Assembly (NCBI GenBank): GCA_965206695.1
Contig: CBDBKM010000011.1
Coordinates: forward strand, 192,001-256,000
Source: Chlamydiales bacterium
GTDB lineage: Bacteria; Chlamydiota; Chlamydiia; Chlamydiales; JAAZZY01
DNA length: 64,000 nucleotides
Direction of reading: 5' to 3'
In this document: piece after piece, positions 21,571 through 33,169 of the stretch
How the letters are laid out: every line of letters begins with the position of its first letter
How positions within the stretch are numbered: the first letter of the stretch is position 1
Program-made: the position numbers and the translations under genes
Notes under the pieces: model-generated
Databases searched by the model: none
What the model was told of the DNA's origin: nothing
What the model saw: the letters and a program-made list of their open reading frames with translations, nothing else

Positions 21571-22211
21571 ATTATTCTTAAAATTTTATTTAAATGTTTT
21601 ATAATCAATTGCATCATTTTTATTTAGTTTAATTATGTCATGCTTATAAATTAAGAGCAACGTTTTAGTTTATATAGCAACAAAACAACGTGAATTTTAA
21701 TGTTTTTGACGTAATAACCGAATTTAAAAGGTGGCAATCATAAAACATTAACTAACAATAGCTTTATAGTTTTTTAATATTTTAATCTTTCTTTAAAAAT
21801 TAATTTTTAATCGATTTATAATCAGCGACTTCTGCATAAATATCTATTTAATAATTAGATTATTCTCAAATGCAAATCACTTTTGATATTTGGCCATAGC
21901 CAAAATAATTTTTGGCAAAAACTGTAGAAAAAAATTGAATATAAGACAACCTGTTTAATAAAAATTCTAATATTTTGACTTATTTTTTCACATATGAATC
22001 TTCTCGCTTAAAAAGCAAAAAAGACCGTTCTATCAAAAAAAGCCCTATCAATCTTATATTTAAATATTTAAATTCGAAAAAACCTTACTTCAATTCAAAA
22101 TTAATAGCTTTAAACTTGCAATTCTCGATATCTTGAGGATATAGGTAATTTTTTAGATAACTTAAGTAATTGAATCCTCAAAACCTTCTATAAAATAAGG
22201 AAAGTATAATT

Positions 22212-24155
22212 ATGAAACGCTTCTTATGCCTAATGATGCTGATATTACTCCCATTTTGCTTAGAAGCTAAACTTCCCGACCTAACAGAAAGAGATATCAA
22301 TGAAAAAATCAATGAAATCATGAAATCTCATGTCACTCATAAACAACTTTCTTCACCATTAATCAAAAGAATTATTAATAATTTTATAGATGAACTGGAT
22401 CCGGGAAAAGTCTATTTTTCACTGATAGAAGTGCAAGAATGGATAGGTCAATCTGACGGTAGAGCAAACGAATTACTCATCGAGTTTAAACAAGGGAATT
22501 TCACTGTTTTCCAACAGATTCATTCGGCTTTAATTGAAGCTATAAATCGTAGAAAAGAAATTGAACGCTCTATTCAACCTTTTGATAATGACTATGCTAT
22601 TAATCCACGTGAATTTTATCAAATGGATTGGGCTGAAGATCATAATGAACTCACTCTTCGCCTTCAAAAGATTAAAACTCTACAAATGCGAACAGCTGAA
22701 AAACTAGAAGGTGAGATTCGTAATAAATTTCTTAAACACATTGAAAAAAGACGTGCTTTCAGAGAAGAAGAATTAGTCGGTACCAGTGAAGAGAAGAAAA
22801 AACAGTTAATATATGCGTATATTCTAAAAGCAGCAGCTTCTTCATTAGATTCCCAAACCGCCTATTTCACACCTGATGAAGCAACCGGTTTTATGATTCA
22901 AGTCCAACAACGCCTATTTGGCATTGGAATCCAATTACGAGATGATCTATCGGGCTTTATGGTTGTTAAAATCATTGATGGAGGACCCGCCTCTTTAAAT
23001 ACAAAAGGGTTAAAAGTTAGAGACCGAATCGTAGCTGTTGATTCTGAACCTGTAGTCGGAATGGATATTACAGAAGCTGTCGACCTGATTAGAGGAAAAG
23101 AAGGGACCACAGTTACCTTAACTATCTTAAGGCCGCTTGAAAATGACGAAGAGGATCCTACAGGCAAACAAGAAGAGAAAATTGATATCAAAATTGTCCG
23201 AGGTGAGGTGGTATTAAAAGAAACTCGCATTGAATCTTCTTATGAACCTTTTGGAGATGGGATAATCGCTCATATTAAATTATTCTCATTCTATCAAGAC
23301 CCACAAAGCTCCTCTGCTTCTGACCTTTATAATAAGTTCAGTGAATTACAAAAAGACCATAAAATCAATGGCGTTATTCTAGATTTAAGAAATAATTCCG
23401 GTGGTATATTGCCACAAGCTGTTGCCGTAGCGGGCTTATTCATTGGTAAGGGTATTGTTGTTTCAATAAAAGATAACGATGGTCAAATACATCATCTTCG
23501 AAATATCGAACCACAAAAAATGTGGAACGGTCCTCTTGTTATTCTCATTAATCGTCTTAGCGCATCAGCTGCTGAAATCGTTGCTCAAGCATTACAAGAT
23601 TATGGCAGAGCCCTTGTCGTCGGTGATGATCATAGTTTTGGAAAAGGAACCTTTCAAACTTTTACTCTAGATACCGTTCATCATGATAAAGTTAATCCTA
23701 AAGGGGAATATAAAGTAACCCGTGGCATGTACTATACCGTTTCAGGAAAAAGTCCTCAGCTTGTCGGAGTTAAATCCGATGTTGTCGTTCCCGGGTATTT
23801 GTCTGAAATGCAAATTGGTGAACAATATTCTAAATACCCGCTTGAAAATGCGGCCATAAAAGAGAATTTTGATGATGACTTAGCTGATATTCCTCAAAAA
23901 CAAAGGGAATATGTTAGAAAACTGTATAAATTTAATCTTCAGCCTAAGATCCGTTTATATATCAAACACAGAGAAATTTTGCAGGTCAACTCTGATGAAC
24001 GAGTTGTGAAAAATAAAAATTATCAGAATTTCTTAATCGAAATTAAAGAAGAAACGAAAGATCAAGATATCATCGATGTTATTTATGGACAAAATGATCT
24101 ACAGTTTGAAGAATCTATTAACGTTATGAAAGATTTAATCTTGTTGATTCACTAA
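22212..24155 (+). CDS. tsp: Tail-specific protease (S41, PDZ)
   Basis: Signal peptide, PDZ GIGIQL, LDLRNNSGG, SASAAEIVAQALQDYGRA, GKGTFQ. Confidence 0.94.
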   Translation: MKRFLCLMMLILLPFCLEAKLPDLTERDINEKINEIMKSHVTHKQLSSPLIKRIINNFIDELDPGKVYFSLIEVQEWIGQSDGRANELLIEFKQGNFTVFQQIHSALIEAINRRKEIERSIQPFDNDYAINPREFYQMDWAEDHNELTLRLQKIKTLQMRTAEKLEGEIRNKFLKHIEKRRAFREEELVGTSEEKKKQLIYAYILKAAASSLDSQTAYFTPDEATGFMIQVQQRLFGIGIQLRDDLSGFMVVKIIDGGPASLNTKGLKVRDRIVAVDSEPVVGMDITEAVDLIRGKEGTTVTLTILRPLENDEEDPTGKQEEKIDIKIVRGEVVLKETRIESSYEPFGDGIIAHIKLFSFYQDPQSSSASDLYNKFSELQKDHKINGVILDLRNNSGGILPQAVAVAGLFIGKGIVVSIKDNDGQIHHLRNIEPQKMWNGPLVILINRLSASAAEIVAQALQDYGRALVVGDDHSFGKGTFQTFTLDTVHHDKVNPKGEYKVTRGMYYTVSGKSPQLVGVKSDVVVPGYLSEMQIGEQYSKYPLENAAIKENFDDDLADIPQKQREYVRKLYKFNLQPKIRLYIKHREILQVNSDERVVKNKNYQNFLIEIKEETKDQDIIDVIYGQNDLQFEESINVMKDLILLIH

Positions 24156-25343
24156 TTCTTCTTTTAAAAAGAGATAGTATAGAGATCCTTTTGAGAAAAC
24201 GCCTCCGGCTATCTCTCCTGCGGAATCACCGGAACCAAAATAAATCTCACACCTGCCGGCTCCACGCATAGCCCCACCGGTATCTTGATCTAATACAAAC
24301 CTTTTATAGGAAACATACTCTATCTTGTTTTTCTCATTCTTTCGGGGAATCGTAACATCAACAAAACATAAACCGGCTTTTGGAAATATCTTTTTATCAG
24401 TAGAAAGCGAATAACCCGCGGTTAGAGGAACCGCAAGGCAGCCAAAGGGCCCCTCTATTTTTTCACGAAAAAAAACATAGCTTGGATTTCTTGATAAATA
24501 CGCCTGTAATTCATCCGGAAATTGATTAAAATATGCTCGAATTCCTTTTGGTGTTAATTGTTTGTCCTGCAGTTTTCCATCATTTTTCAACTCTTTTGCA
24601 ATACTATAGTTAAAAAATTCACGACTGTTTTTTCCGTTATATCCGATTCGAAATAGCTTACCATTAGGTAATTCAATCGCACCGCTTCCCTGTAAGTGGA
24701 TCATATAGACATCAAAAAGATCTTCTAAATAGACTAGTTCCAGCCCCTTGTCTTTTAATACTTTCTCTTGATCGATTTCATGTCTATTCCAATAAGGAAC
24801 TATTTCGCCTTCTTCTGTTTTTCTGCCTAAGATCTTTCCGTTCTTATCTATTATAAGATCTTCAGGTAACTGATACACAGGGTATTGATAAGAATTCGTT
24901 GCAGTTAAACTCCCTTTAAAAATCGGTTCGAAATAGCCGGTGAATAAAACCTTTTTCTCCCCTTTTTGACCAATCGATTGATACAGGTCGAATTCCTCTT
25001 TTAATATTTCGTTTAATTCATCACAGGAGATTTCTGACATCAATAATTTTTTGAAATGCACTAAGCTTCGACGAACCCTTTTGTGACTAAAACCTTGCTT
25101 AGGATAATGATATTTGGATGCAGAGCGATCTAAATAGGAGATACTATAATTAACTGCTTGAAGAAGCTCGGCTTTTTCTTCTTGGATATTAAAAGAAAGA
25201 TAAGGCCAATTATCTTGTTCAACTAACACTAAGGCTTGTAACGTGCTTTTGTTCGATGATATTTGATGCTTATCCTTAGCTACAATAGAACTTGATCCGA
25301 TTAAGAGTAGTAATAGCCAGGAAAAATATTTCAACACATTCAC
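24135..25343 (-). CDS. mltA: Lytic murein transglycosylase A (MltA + 3D domain)
   Basis: FTGYFEP, LQGSG, NPSYVFF, DQDTGGAMRG..R.EIYFGSG. Confidence 0.9.
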   Translation of the reverse strand: MNVLKYFSWLLLLLIGSSSIVAKDKHQISSNKSTLQALVLVEQDNWPYLSFNIQEEKAELLQAVNYSISYLDRSASKYHYPKQGFSHKRVRRSLVHFKKLLMSEISCDELNEILKEEFDLYQSIGQKGEKKVLFTGYFEPIFKGSLTATNSYQYPVYQLPEDLIIDKNGKILGRKTEEGEIVPYWNRHEIDQEKVLKDKGLELVYLEDLFDVYMIHLQGSGAIELPNGKLFRIGYNGKNSREFFNYSIAKELKNDGKLQDKQLTPKGIRAYFNQFPDELQAYLSRNPSYVFFREKIEGPFGCLAVPLTAGYSLSTDKKIFPKAGLCFVDVTIPRKNEKNKIEYVSYKRFVLDQDTGGAMRGAGRCEIYFGSGDSAGEIAGGVFSKGSLYYLFLKEELVNQQD

Positions 25344-25580
25344 CTATCAAGCTAAATATCGAATTAAATTTGATTAATATATAGCAACCGTGACTTGGTT
25401 TATACGTTTAATTTGAATAAAAGTGGATCGAAATAATACAAAATCCGGTTTTTGGAAAATGTGGAACCAACTAAAGCTTTAAAAGCATAGAACTTGTAAC
25501 CTTATTTCAATATAATTACAAGTCATTAATTATCAATTATATAACAATCTTCATCCTATTTTAAGTAATAAAAAATTTAC

Positions 25581-25609
25581 TTGACAGAAATAATAATTAC
25601 TACTATAAT
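25581..25609 (+). promoter_or_regulatory. Consensus sigma70/sigma66-type promoter
   Basis: TTGACA-N17-TATAAT exactly, about 80 bp upstream of the ORF at 25691. Confidence 0.7.
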
Positions 25610-25690
25610 ATATACATATGACAGAAAAATTAAATTTGAGTTAATGGTTAATCAATAACTATTATATGATGAACAATCAAAAACAACAGG

Positions 25691-26461
25691 ATGAATATGA
25701 ATATTGTAAAAGACCTATTTAATGAACTAAAGAGTGCAGGAAAATTCGTCGTTGATGAATTAAGTCATGCTGATTCAAAAACAATTAATGCTGATTTAAA
25801 AAATGTCAAACAATCAACCGAAAAATTAATTGGGGATTTTTCCGGCGTACTAGACTACATCGTCCATCCGGAAAAAGATATCGTTTCAATCTTTAATGAT
25901 TTTAAAACATTAAACTTGGATCAGGCAAAAAAAAATTTAAGTAATTTAGAAAAGCAAGTTAACGAAACAGTTCAAAGCATAACAGGTCATGACCCCTCTC
26001 TACTAAAACAAATAGAAGGCGAGCTAAATGAATTTGTTTCAATCATTACAGTGATAGCTGATCTGGTAAAAGATATCAAATCTCATAGTCTTAAAGATCT
26101 TGTCAGCGACAGCAAAGAATTAAAAAGTGAAAGTTCCACTTTAATTAAGAAATTAACAGGAAGCGATATTTTCAGTGATATCCTGACAGATATAACAGAA
26201 ACCGTTAAATCTATCCTATCTGCAGTGGATGAAATCGAATCTAATATTTCAACTTTTACTGATACCATTAAACATATTAAACAAATTTTTGAAAAGCTCG
26301 CCAAAGGGAAAATAGCTTCTGAAGATGAGATTAATCAGATTAAGGCTGATCTTAAGAAATTAGAACAGGTATTTAGCGATCTTAAAAACGATGTGGTTAA
26401 TGTTATTGAAAAAGCTAAAGACCTTTGGACTCGTATCCATGGGATACTTACCTTATTATAA
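25691..26461 (+). CDS. Hypothetical all-helical protein (amphipathic, apolipoprotein-like composition)
   Basis: 256-aa ORF rich in K/D/E/I/L with no Cys; has its own consensus promoter and an AGG RBS. Confidence 0.7.
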   Translation: MNMNIVKDLFNELKSAGKFVVDELSHADSKTINADLKNVKQSTEKLIGDFSGVLDYIVHPEKDIVSIFNDFKTLNLDQAKKNLSNLEKQVNETVQSITGHDPSLLKQIEGELNEFVSIITVIADLVKDIKSHSLKDLVSDSKELKSESSTLIKKLTGSDIFSDILTDITETVKSILSAVDEIESNISTFTDTIKHIKQIFEKLAKGKIASEDEINQIKADLKKLEQVFSDLKNDVVNVIEKAKDLWTRIHGILTLL

Positions 26462-26599
26462 TCATTCAAGGAATTGATTTTAATTTTTATTATCCGGAAC
26501 TAGTGTCTTCTAGTCCTTATATTCTTTAGTATCTCGTTGACTCTAAAATAAAAAAATATGACAATATTACTCCTTAAATGAAACAAATCTATTAGAAAT

Positions 26600-28105
26600 A
26601 TGAATGTACGTGTCCGTATTGCACCATCCCCTACCGGCGATCCTCATGTTGGAACGGCCTATATGGCCTTATATAATCTTATTTTTGCTCGTCATCATAA
26701 AGGTAAATTTATTCTACGAATTGAAGACACAGATAGAACCAGATCCCGAATAGATTATGAAAAAAATATTTATAATGCGCTAAAATGGACAGGTCTTCAA
26801 TGGGATGAAGGCCCTGATATCGGTGGCGACTTTGGCCCCTACCGACAATCTGATCGTTTAGAAATTTATCAAAAATATTGCCGGGAACTCCTAGATAAAA
26901 ATAAAGCTTATAAATGTTTTACTACACCTGAAGAACTCAAGCAAATGCGAGAGGTTACTAAAAAAACAGGAGGTCGAGGGGGCTACGATCGACGTCATCG
27001 CAACTTAAGTCAGGAAGAAATTGACCGGCGTCTAGCTGAAGGTCAGCCTTATGTGATTCGATTAAAAATCCCACTTAAAGACGATTGTGTTTTTTATGAC
27101 GAAATTAAAGGTAGGATTTCGAATCCTTGGGCTGATGTAGATGATCAAGTATTACTTAAATCTGATGGATTCCCAACCTATCACCTAGCAAATGTTATCG
27201 ACGATCATTTAATGAAGATTACACATGTCATACGAGGAGATGAATGGTTAAGCTCCACTCCCAAGCACATCTATCTCTACGAAGCTTTTGGCTGGAAGCC
27301 TCCAAGCTTTATTCACATGCCTTTACTTTTAAGCATGGATGGTAAAAAACTTTCAAAAAGGAAAAACCCTACTTCAATCTTTTATTACCGAGATAGTGGC
27401 TATCTTTCCGAAGCGTTTATCAATTTTCTGAGCTTAATGGGCTATAGTATGCCGGAAGATAAAGAAATCTACTCGTTGGATGATATTATTGAACAATTTG
27501 ATATTAAACGAATAGGCTCTTCCCCGGCTATTTTTGATGTTAAAAAACTTGACTGGCTCAATCAACACTATCTTATTAATACTATTTCTACAGATGAACT
27601 CTGGGATCATATTCGCGACTGGGGATTCAATGACTCTTTTATGAAAAAACTGATGCCTCTTTGCCATTCACGCATCCAAACCTTTGGTGAATTCATAGAG
27701 TTATGCGCCTTTTTCTTCGTTAATGACCTGCATTATACTGAAGCGTTATTATGTCCAAAGCAATTAGAAAAACATCACACAGCATATATTCTGCAGTGCC
27801 TTTTATGGTATGTAGAAAAACATGATAAATGGGATAGAGATACGTTCTATCAAGCATCTAAAGAAGCATCTACCGCTTTCAATGTTAATCACAAAAAAAT
27901 TATCATGCCAATTCTTTTTGGAACGATTACAGGTAAAAGCATAGGCCCTCCTCTTTTTGATTCCGCTGAATTATTAGGAAAAGACCGCACTAGAGCCCGT
28001 TTTCTTAATGCAATTAACTTTCTTGGGGGTATATCGAACAAAAAGATTTTCAGTCTGAAAGCCTCATGGGACAACCGGGATTGTGAATCTTATATCAAAG
28101 AATAA
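26600..28105 (+). CDS. gltX: Glutamate--tRNA ligase
   Basis: [13 protein letters not shown] (HIGH), LRIEDTD, KLSKR (KMSKS). Confidence 0.97.
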   Translation: MNVRVRIAPSPTGDPHVGTAYMALYNLIFARHHKGKFILRIEDTDRTRSRIDYEKNIYNALKWTGLQWDEGPDIGGDFGPYRQSDRLEIYQKYCRELLDKNKAYKCFTTPEELKQMREVTKKTGGRGGYDRRHRNLSQEEIDRRLAEGQPYVIRLKIPLKDDCVFYDEIKGRISNPWADVDDQVLLKSDGFPTYHLANVIDDHLMKITHVIRGDEWLSSTPKHIYLYEAFGWKPPSFIHMPLLLSMDGKKLSKRKNPTSIFYYRDSGYLSEAFINFLSLMGYSMPEDKEIYSLDDIIEQFDIKRIGSSPAIFDVKKLDWLNQHYLINTISTDELWDHIRDWGFNDSFMKKLMPLCHSRIQTFGEFIELCAFFFVNDLHYTEALLCPKQLEKHHTAYILQCLLWYVEKHDKWDRDTFYQASKEASTAFNVNHKKIIMPILFGTITGKSIGPPLFDSAELLGKDRTRARFLNAINFLGGISNKKIFSLKASWDNRDCESYIKE

Positions 28106-28107
28106 AC

Positions 28108-29247
28108 ATGCAATACGATAAATCTAACCCTTTTTTAGCTAAGATAACCGTAAGAGAAGCCATTAATAAATCAGGTTCGGATAAATGTACAATGAGGGTT
28201 GTATTAGATATTAGTGGCTCAGGTCTATTTTATAAAGTCGGTGACTCCATTGGAATATACCCTCTTAATGATGATAAAAATGTATCATATCTTCTGCATA
28301 TTCTGAATGCTACAGGTGACGAACAGGTGCAAAATAAAAAGACTGAAGAAATCGTACCTCTTAAGACCTTGCTTACTAAAAATGTCTGTATAACCCGTTT
28401 AAATAAAAAGATTGTTAGAATACTTGCCGGCAAACAAGTTGATCCAAAAAGACAAGCTCTTCTCAACCATTATTTAAATCCTCAAAATAGCACTGAATTG
28501 AAACAATTTTGCGATACCCACGAGCTCCGGAGACTCTTAGAAGAGCATGATAATATACAGTGGGATCTTCATGAATTTGTAAATATGCTACCCCCTCTTT
28601 TACCTAGATTTTACTCCATTGCTTCCTCTCAAGCAGTGGACCATAATAAAATCGAGTTACTCATCGCTTATCTGGATTATACGAATGATCATCAGCGAAA
28701 AGGGGTTTGTTCTCATTATATTTGCGATCTGGCGCCAATGTATGACTCTTCTATTCCCCTATTTTTACATCCTTCAAAGAACTTCACATTACCTCAAGAT
28801 TCCTCTAAGTCCATTATTATGGTCGGACCCGGAACAGGCATTGCTCCTTTTCGAGGCTTTATTCAAGAGCGTCAATTTAAAAAAGCTACCGGTAAAAATT
28901 GGCTTTTCTTTGGAGAAAGAAGAAAAGCATTTGATTATTTTTATCAAGATATTTTCGAACAACTTCAAACCGAAAATGTTCTTCGGATTTCTACTGCTTT
29001 TTCACGGGATTCGGAACAAAAAATGTATGTTCAAAATAAGATGTTAGAAGAAGCTAAAGACATTTGGACTTGGCTAGATTCAGGAGCTTATTTTTATGTG
29101 TGTGGCGATGCTTTTCAAATGGCCAGAAGTGTCGACCAAGCCCTACGTCAAATTATTCAAGAGCAAGGAAATATGAGCGAGGAAGAGGCAAAAACATATA
29201 TCAAGCGCTTAAAAGAAGAAGGTAGATATTTAAAGGATATTTACTAG
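28108..29247 (+). CDS. cysJ: Sulfite reductase flavoprotein-like FAD/NADPH oxidoreductase (no flavodoxin domain)
   Basis: PRFYSIASS, GVCS, MVGPGTGIAPFRGF, WLFFGER, YVCGDA, RYLKDIY. Confidence 0.85.
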   Translation: MQYDKSNPFLAKITVREAINKSGSDKCTMRVVLDISGSGLFYKVGDSIGIYPLNDDKNVSYLLHILNATGDEQVQNKKTEEIVPLKTLLTKNVCITRLNKKIVRILAGKQVDPKRQALLNHYLNPQNSTELKQFCDTHELRRLLEEHDNIQWDLHEFVNMLPPLLPRFYSIASSQAVDHNKIELLIAYLDYTNDHQRKGVCSHYICDLAPMYDSSIPLFLHPSKNFTLPQDSSKSIIMVGPGTGIAPFRGFIQERQFKKATGKNWLFFGERRKAFDYFYQDIFEQLQTENVLRISTAFSRDSEQKMYVQNKMLEEAKDIWTWLDSGAYFYVCGDAFQMARSVDQALRQIIQEQGNMSEEEAKTYIKRLKEEGRYLKDIY

Positions 29248-29284
29248 CCGGAAGCTAATATAATTATTCAAATAGGAGATTTTT

Positions 29285-29845
29285 ATGACAAATTCACTTT
29301 TCCCTTATTCATTACCCTGTAAAACTGATAGCCGCATTGTATTTGATAAAGAAGGCAAACAGATTAGAAAAGATTCCTATAAAAGAGACTCTGACGTTAC
29401 CTATGAGTATTATTCTTTTGTTACATCACCCTATTCTGCCATGATATTAGCCCAAACTAAAAATGGTAAATTTGTGATTAATCGAGAATATCGCCATTCA
29501 TCCAATGAGATTATTCTGAGTCTTCCGGGCGGATCGATCGATACAGATGAAGATTCTTTATTAGGTGCTAAAAGGGAACTCTTGGAAGAAACAGGTTATC
29601 AAGGAGAAGATTTTTCTCTTTTAGGAGACGCTTATCCTTTTCCCGGATACAGTCCCCAGAAAACTTATTATTATCTTTGTCATAATGCTGAAAAAATACA
29701 GGATTCAACACCCGATCGCTGTGAAATCATTCACACCTTTCATGTAACCATCCCTGAAATTTATTCATTTATTAAAGAAGGAATGGCCGTTGACGGGCAT
29801 ATACATAGTGCTTTGTTTTTAAAGTCACTCCAAGAAGGTCAATAA
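29285..29845 (+). CDS. NUDIX hydrolase (ADP-ribose pyrophosphatase-like)
   Basis: Nudix box LPGGSIDTDEDSLLGAKRELLEETGY. Confidence 0.9.
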   Translation: MTNSLFPYSLPCKTDSRIVFDKEGKQIRKDSYKRDSDVTYEYYSFVTSPYSAMILAQTKNGKFVINREYRHSSNEIILSLPGGSIDTDEDSLLGAKRELLEETGYQGEDFSLLGDAYPFPGYSPQKTYYYLCHNAEKIQDSTPDRCEIIHTFHVTIPEIYSFIKEGMAVDGHIHSALFLKSLQEGQ

Positions 29846-30080
29846 ATGTCTTTAATTGCTTCAATCTTTCCTTATCGTTTACCACGTAACTCGACTTAAT
29901 TTGACAATAGCGATGAAACGATGCCTATTACCTCAATAGAAAAACCACCCTCCTCCAACATGAATCATTCTAATAATCTCGTTATTACAGCTCCGGCTTA
30001 CCCAAAAGATAGGACCTTATACTCTTCGCTACTGAAAGATACACAAAAATTATAAATATGAAAAATATTTCGGCTGCGGG

Positions 30081-30497
30081 TTAAGATTGGCGCACTAATG
30101 TGGTCTTGTTCTGTATCTTTCTTCTATTAGGCGTTATTACATTGTTGAGTAGCCTTATTCTTAATACTTCATCTACTTCTGCCGATCTTTCCGTTGCTAC
30201 AGGCGCTACTACAACGCTTCTTACGTCTCTTCTTTGAGATGTTTCTGCATAGACTAATTCTATATTCGAAGAGCTTTCTGCAGAAAGTGCATTCAGTGGA
30301 TCAGTTGCAGTGACGTCGTCAAACGCTGCATCTAGTCCTGCTGAATCGACTGCAGCCCATTCGCTACTCACTAGATAAAGTGATTCTATCATATCCATTG
30401 TCCCCATTACATCGGATGCCGAAGTTCGTTCCTCAGGATTAGGAGGTAACGAAGATAGTTGTCGCCCACTATTAGAAACAGTATTAGAAAAAGTCAT
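30081..30497 (-). CDS. Hypothetical protein with Ser/Asn/Pro-rich N-terminus
   Basis: 138-aa ORF with AAGGA RBS; composition resembles T3SS substrates. Confidence 0.5.
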   Translation of the reverse strand: MTFSNTVSNSGRQLSSLPPNPEERTSASDVMGTMDMIESLYLVSSEWAAVDSAGLDAAFDDVTATDPLNALSAESSSNIELVYAETSQRRDVRSVVVAPVATERSAEVDEVLRIRLLNNVITPNRRKIQNKTTLVRQS

Positions 30498-30969
30498 AGT
30501 ATATCCTTATATTTTTCAGTTATATCGTAATATATAACTATTATGTGATTTATATATATCTATTATATGCTTTTAATTGTTAAATTAGTATTGAAAAAAA
30601 TTATTTACTAAATAACTAAATATTAGTTTACTAACAACTTAATTAGACGAAATCAGAGCCTAATTTTCAAAAACTAATGAAAGAAAATGGTTACAATGAT
30701 GATACAATCTCTATAGTTAATTTTTGAAAAGACTGATAACTATGTAGGGATTTTTATGCCTAAAGGTTATCATCATTTAACCTATGAACAAAGATTCCGA
30801 ATATATGCATTAAAACAAAGAGGAGATTCTATAGATTCTATTGCTTATGAAATAAGAGTTGATCAATTTACTATTTATAGAGAACTGCAAAGAAACCCTT
30901 TTCAAGGTAGATATATTCATATTGCAGCTCAAATTAAATCAGAAAACAGGCGATTAAAAGCAAGTACTA

Positions 30970-31904
30970 TAGTATTTTAATTTTTATTTGATAATATGTT
31001 ATCCTTCTTTTTTTATACAAACAGTAAGGACAAAACAATGCCTAGAGCCTATTCAGTAGATCTTCGAGAGAAAGTATTACAACATATAGAAAAACATCAT
31101 GATAAAAAAACAGCCGGCCATATTTTTCAAGTAGGTATCGCAACAATATATCGATGGATCTTGCAAAAAAAGCAAAAAGGACATTTAAAGCCAATCCGCA
31201 GAAAATATGCTTATAAGAAATTAGATGATGAGTTGTTATCTAAATATGTAGAAAAACATCCGGATTATTTTTTATCGGAAATTGCTGATTATTTTTCAGT
31301 CACTCCGCAAACGATTTTTTATGCCCTTAAAAGATTAAAAATTACACGAAAAAAAAAACTACTCGCTATAAGGAAAGAGATGAAAAGAAACGGGAAGCTT
31401 TTATGAAAAATTTAAAAAATATTCCCTTTGACAAGAGAATTTATCTCGATGAAACCGGGATTCATCAATTTTTATTTCGTGAGTTCGGAAGAAGCTTACG
31501 CGGCAAAAAAGTTTTTGGAGCGGTTTCAGGAAACCGCTTTATAAGGCAAAATATTATTTCAGCCCTATCTAAAGGGCAGTTTTTATCTCCAATGTGTTTT
31601 GAAGGTACTTGTAATACCGAGTTATTCAATATTTGGCTTAAGGAAGTTTTGACTCCTCAGCTTACACCCGGTAGTGTTCTTATTCTTGACAATGCCGGTT
31701 TTCACAAGTCAGCGGAAAGCAGGAAAACAGTAGAATCTGCCGGTTGTAAGCTTACGTTTCTTCCTCCATATTCTCCGGACTTAAATCCTATAGAAAAATA
31801 TTGGGCTAATATGAAAAATAAAGTTAGAGAGATATTACGAAAAGTTACGAATTTTAAATTCGCCATTGATCAAGCAATCTTATCAATATAAAATTAAATG
31901 ACTA
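30970..31904 (+). mobile_element. IS630 family element B, copy 1 (935 bp, orfA/orfB joined by -1 frameshift)
   Basis: TA duplication; ends TAGTATTTTAATTTT / AAAATTAAATGACTA; A10 run at 31349-31358; orfB has DETG, DNAGFH and LPPYSPDLNPIE. Confidence 0.95.
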
Positions 31905-32075
31905 TATAAAGAAAAAAATGACTTCTGAAATAGCTCCGGCCCTAGAAAATAGGTTAAGGTTTCAGTGGAGTTTTGTTCAGATATCCGGCAGGTGAAAAAA
32001 GAATGGGCTTTTTATCCGTCATGAAAGTATTGATCGTCATATTTGGAAAGATCAACCAAATGAAGGCCGTTTATA

Positions 32076-33169
32076 TACCCCTTATGAATCAAAGTGCCGA
32101 TTCTAAGACTTGAAAATGATCATTGATTCGTTTCCTCATTGATTGAGCAATAGAGGGCCAAGTATTTTCAAAAAATCCGGTAATCGATCTCCGAAATTCT
32201 TTAGCAGAATTAAAAAACCGATTATTGCGACAATATTCATTCATCACTTTCCATAATCGTTCAATGGGATTGAGGTTAGGACTGTAAGAAGGTAAATAAT
32301 AGAGAATAATACCTTGTTTTTCTGCTTCTTGTTTGGTCTGAATACTTGTATTATAAGGGCCTTGATCTAAAATAAGATGGATATTTGGAGCTGAGAGGTA
32401 TTTTGACCGTAGCAAAGCAAAATGCTTTGCCATGGTACCGCTATTTAATGTTTCATAAGCATCTATTGTTACCTTCATACTGTTTAAATTGATAGACCCC
32501 ATAAGATTCATTCGAGTACGAGAAGCTGTTGTTGCAATCAATTTATCTGTTCCCGGTCGAATCCAACCATAAAAAATTTTAGTTGCCATAGTTGGATGTA
32601 CACCATCAGCAAATTCAACAGGCTCATTTTTAGGCAGAGATGCCATAAGCTTGGCGTAAAATTGCATCCAAGCTTTTTATTGATCAGAATTTGCCTTAGC
32701 CGGTGTACCTTTAGGCTTTTTATAGGAAAAACCATGTGAGTGTAGCCAAGAAGTCATCCCTGAAATCGTATAAACAATGCCATATTTCGCGAGAACATAA
32801 GAACAGATATCTTCTACTTTGACATAGGTATGAGTTGTTAAATGTTTAATGAATTCTTCTGACTGTGGCGCAAGAAGTTTACTGACTGAACCACCGCTTT
32901 CTACATGCAATTGCTGTTTATTTTGATATTCTTTAATGTGACGAGACACTGTTTCATCGTCTAAAAGCACAGCTTCAGCAATACGAGTATTACTCCAACC
33001 TTTATTCGACAATAGAACAGCCTTGATACGATCTCGTATACGACCATTCTTTTCTCGTTTATGTTGCTGTCTGAGATGCTTTTCTTCTGATAGTGTTAAA
33101 AATGAATTCATACAAAATAATTTACACTATACGAATACAAAATATCCGGAGGTTTATTCGTGATGAGTA
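32076..33169 (-). mobile_element. IS630 family element A, copy 1 (1094 bp; transposase has a CAA>TAA nonsense at 32677-32679)
   Basis: TA duplication, ends TACTCATCACGAAT / ATTCATAAGGGGTA; near-identical to the three intact copies. Confidence 0.95.

Noticed and set aside
28619..29047. 142-aa overlapping ORF, and similar short ORFs inside dnaA, secD, recJ, tsp, gltX and ispG
   Set aside because: They overlap well-supported genes in other frames or strands and have no motifs.
32538..32735. Conserved 65-aa ORF in all IS630 A copies
   Set aside because: An alternative-frame ORF conserved only because the IS copies are nearly identical.
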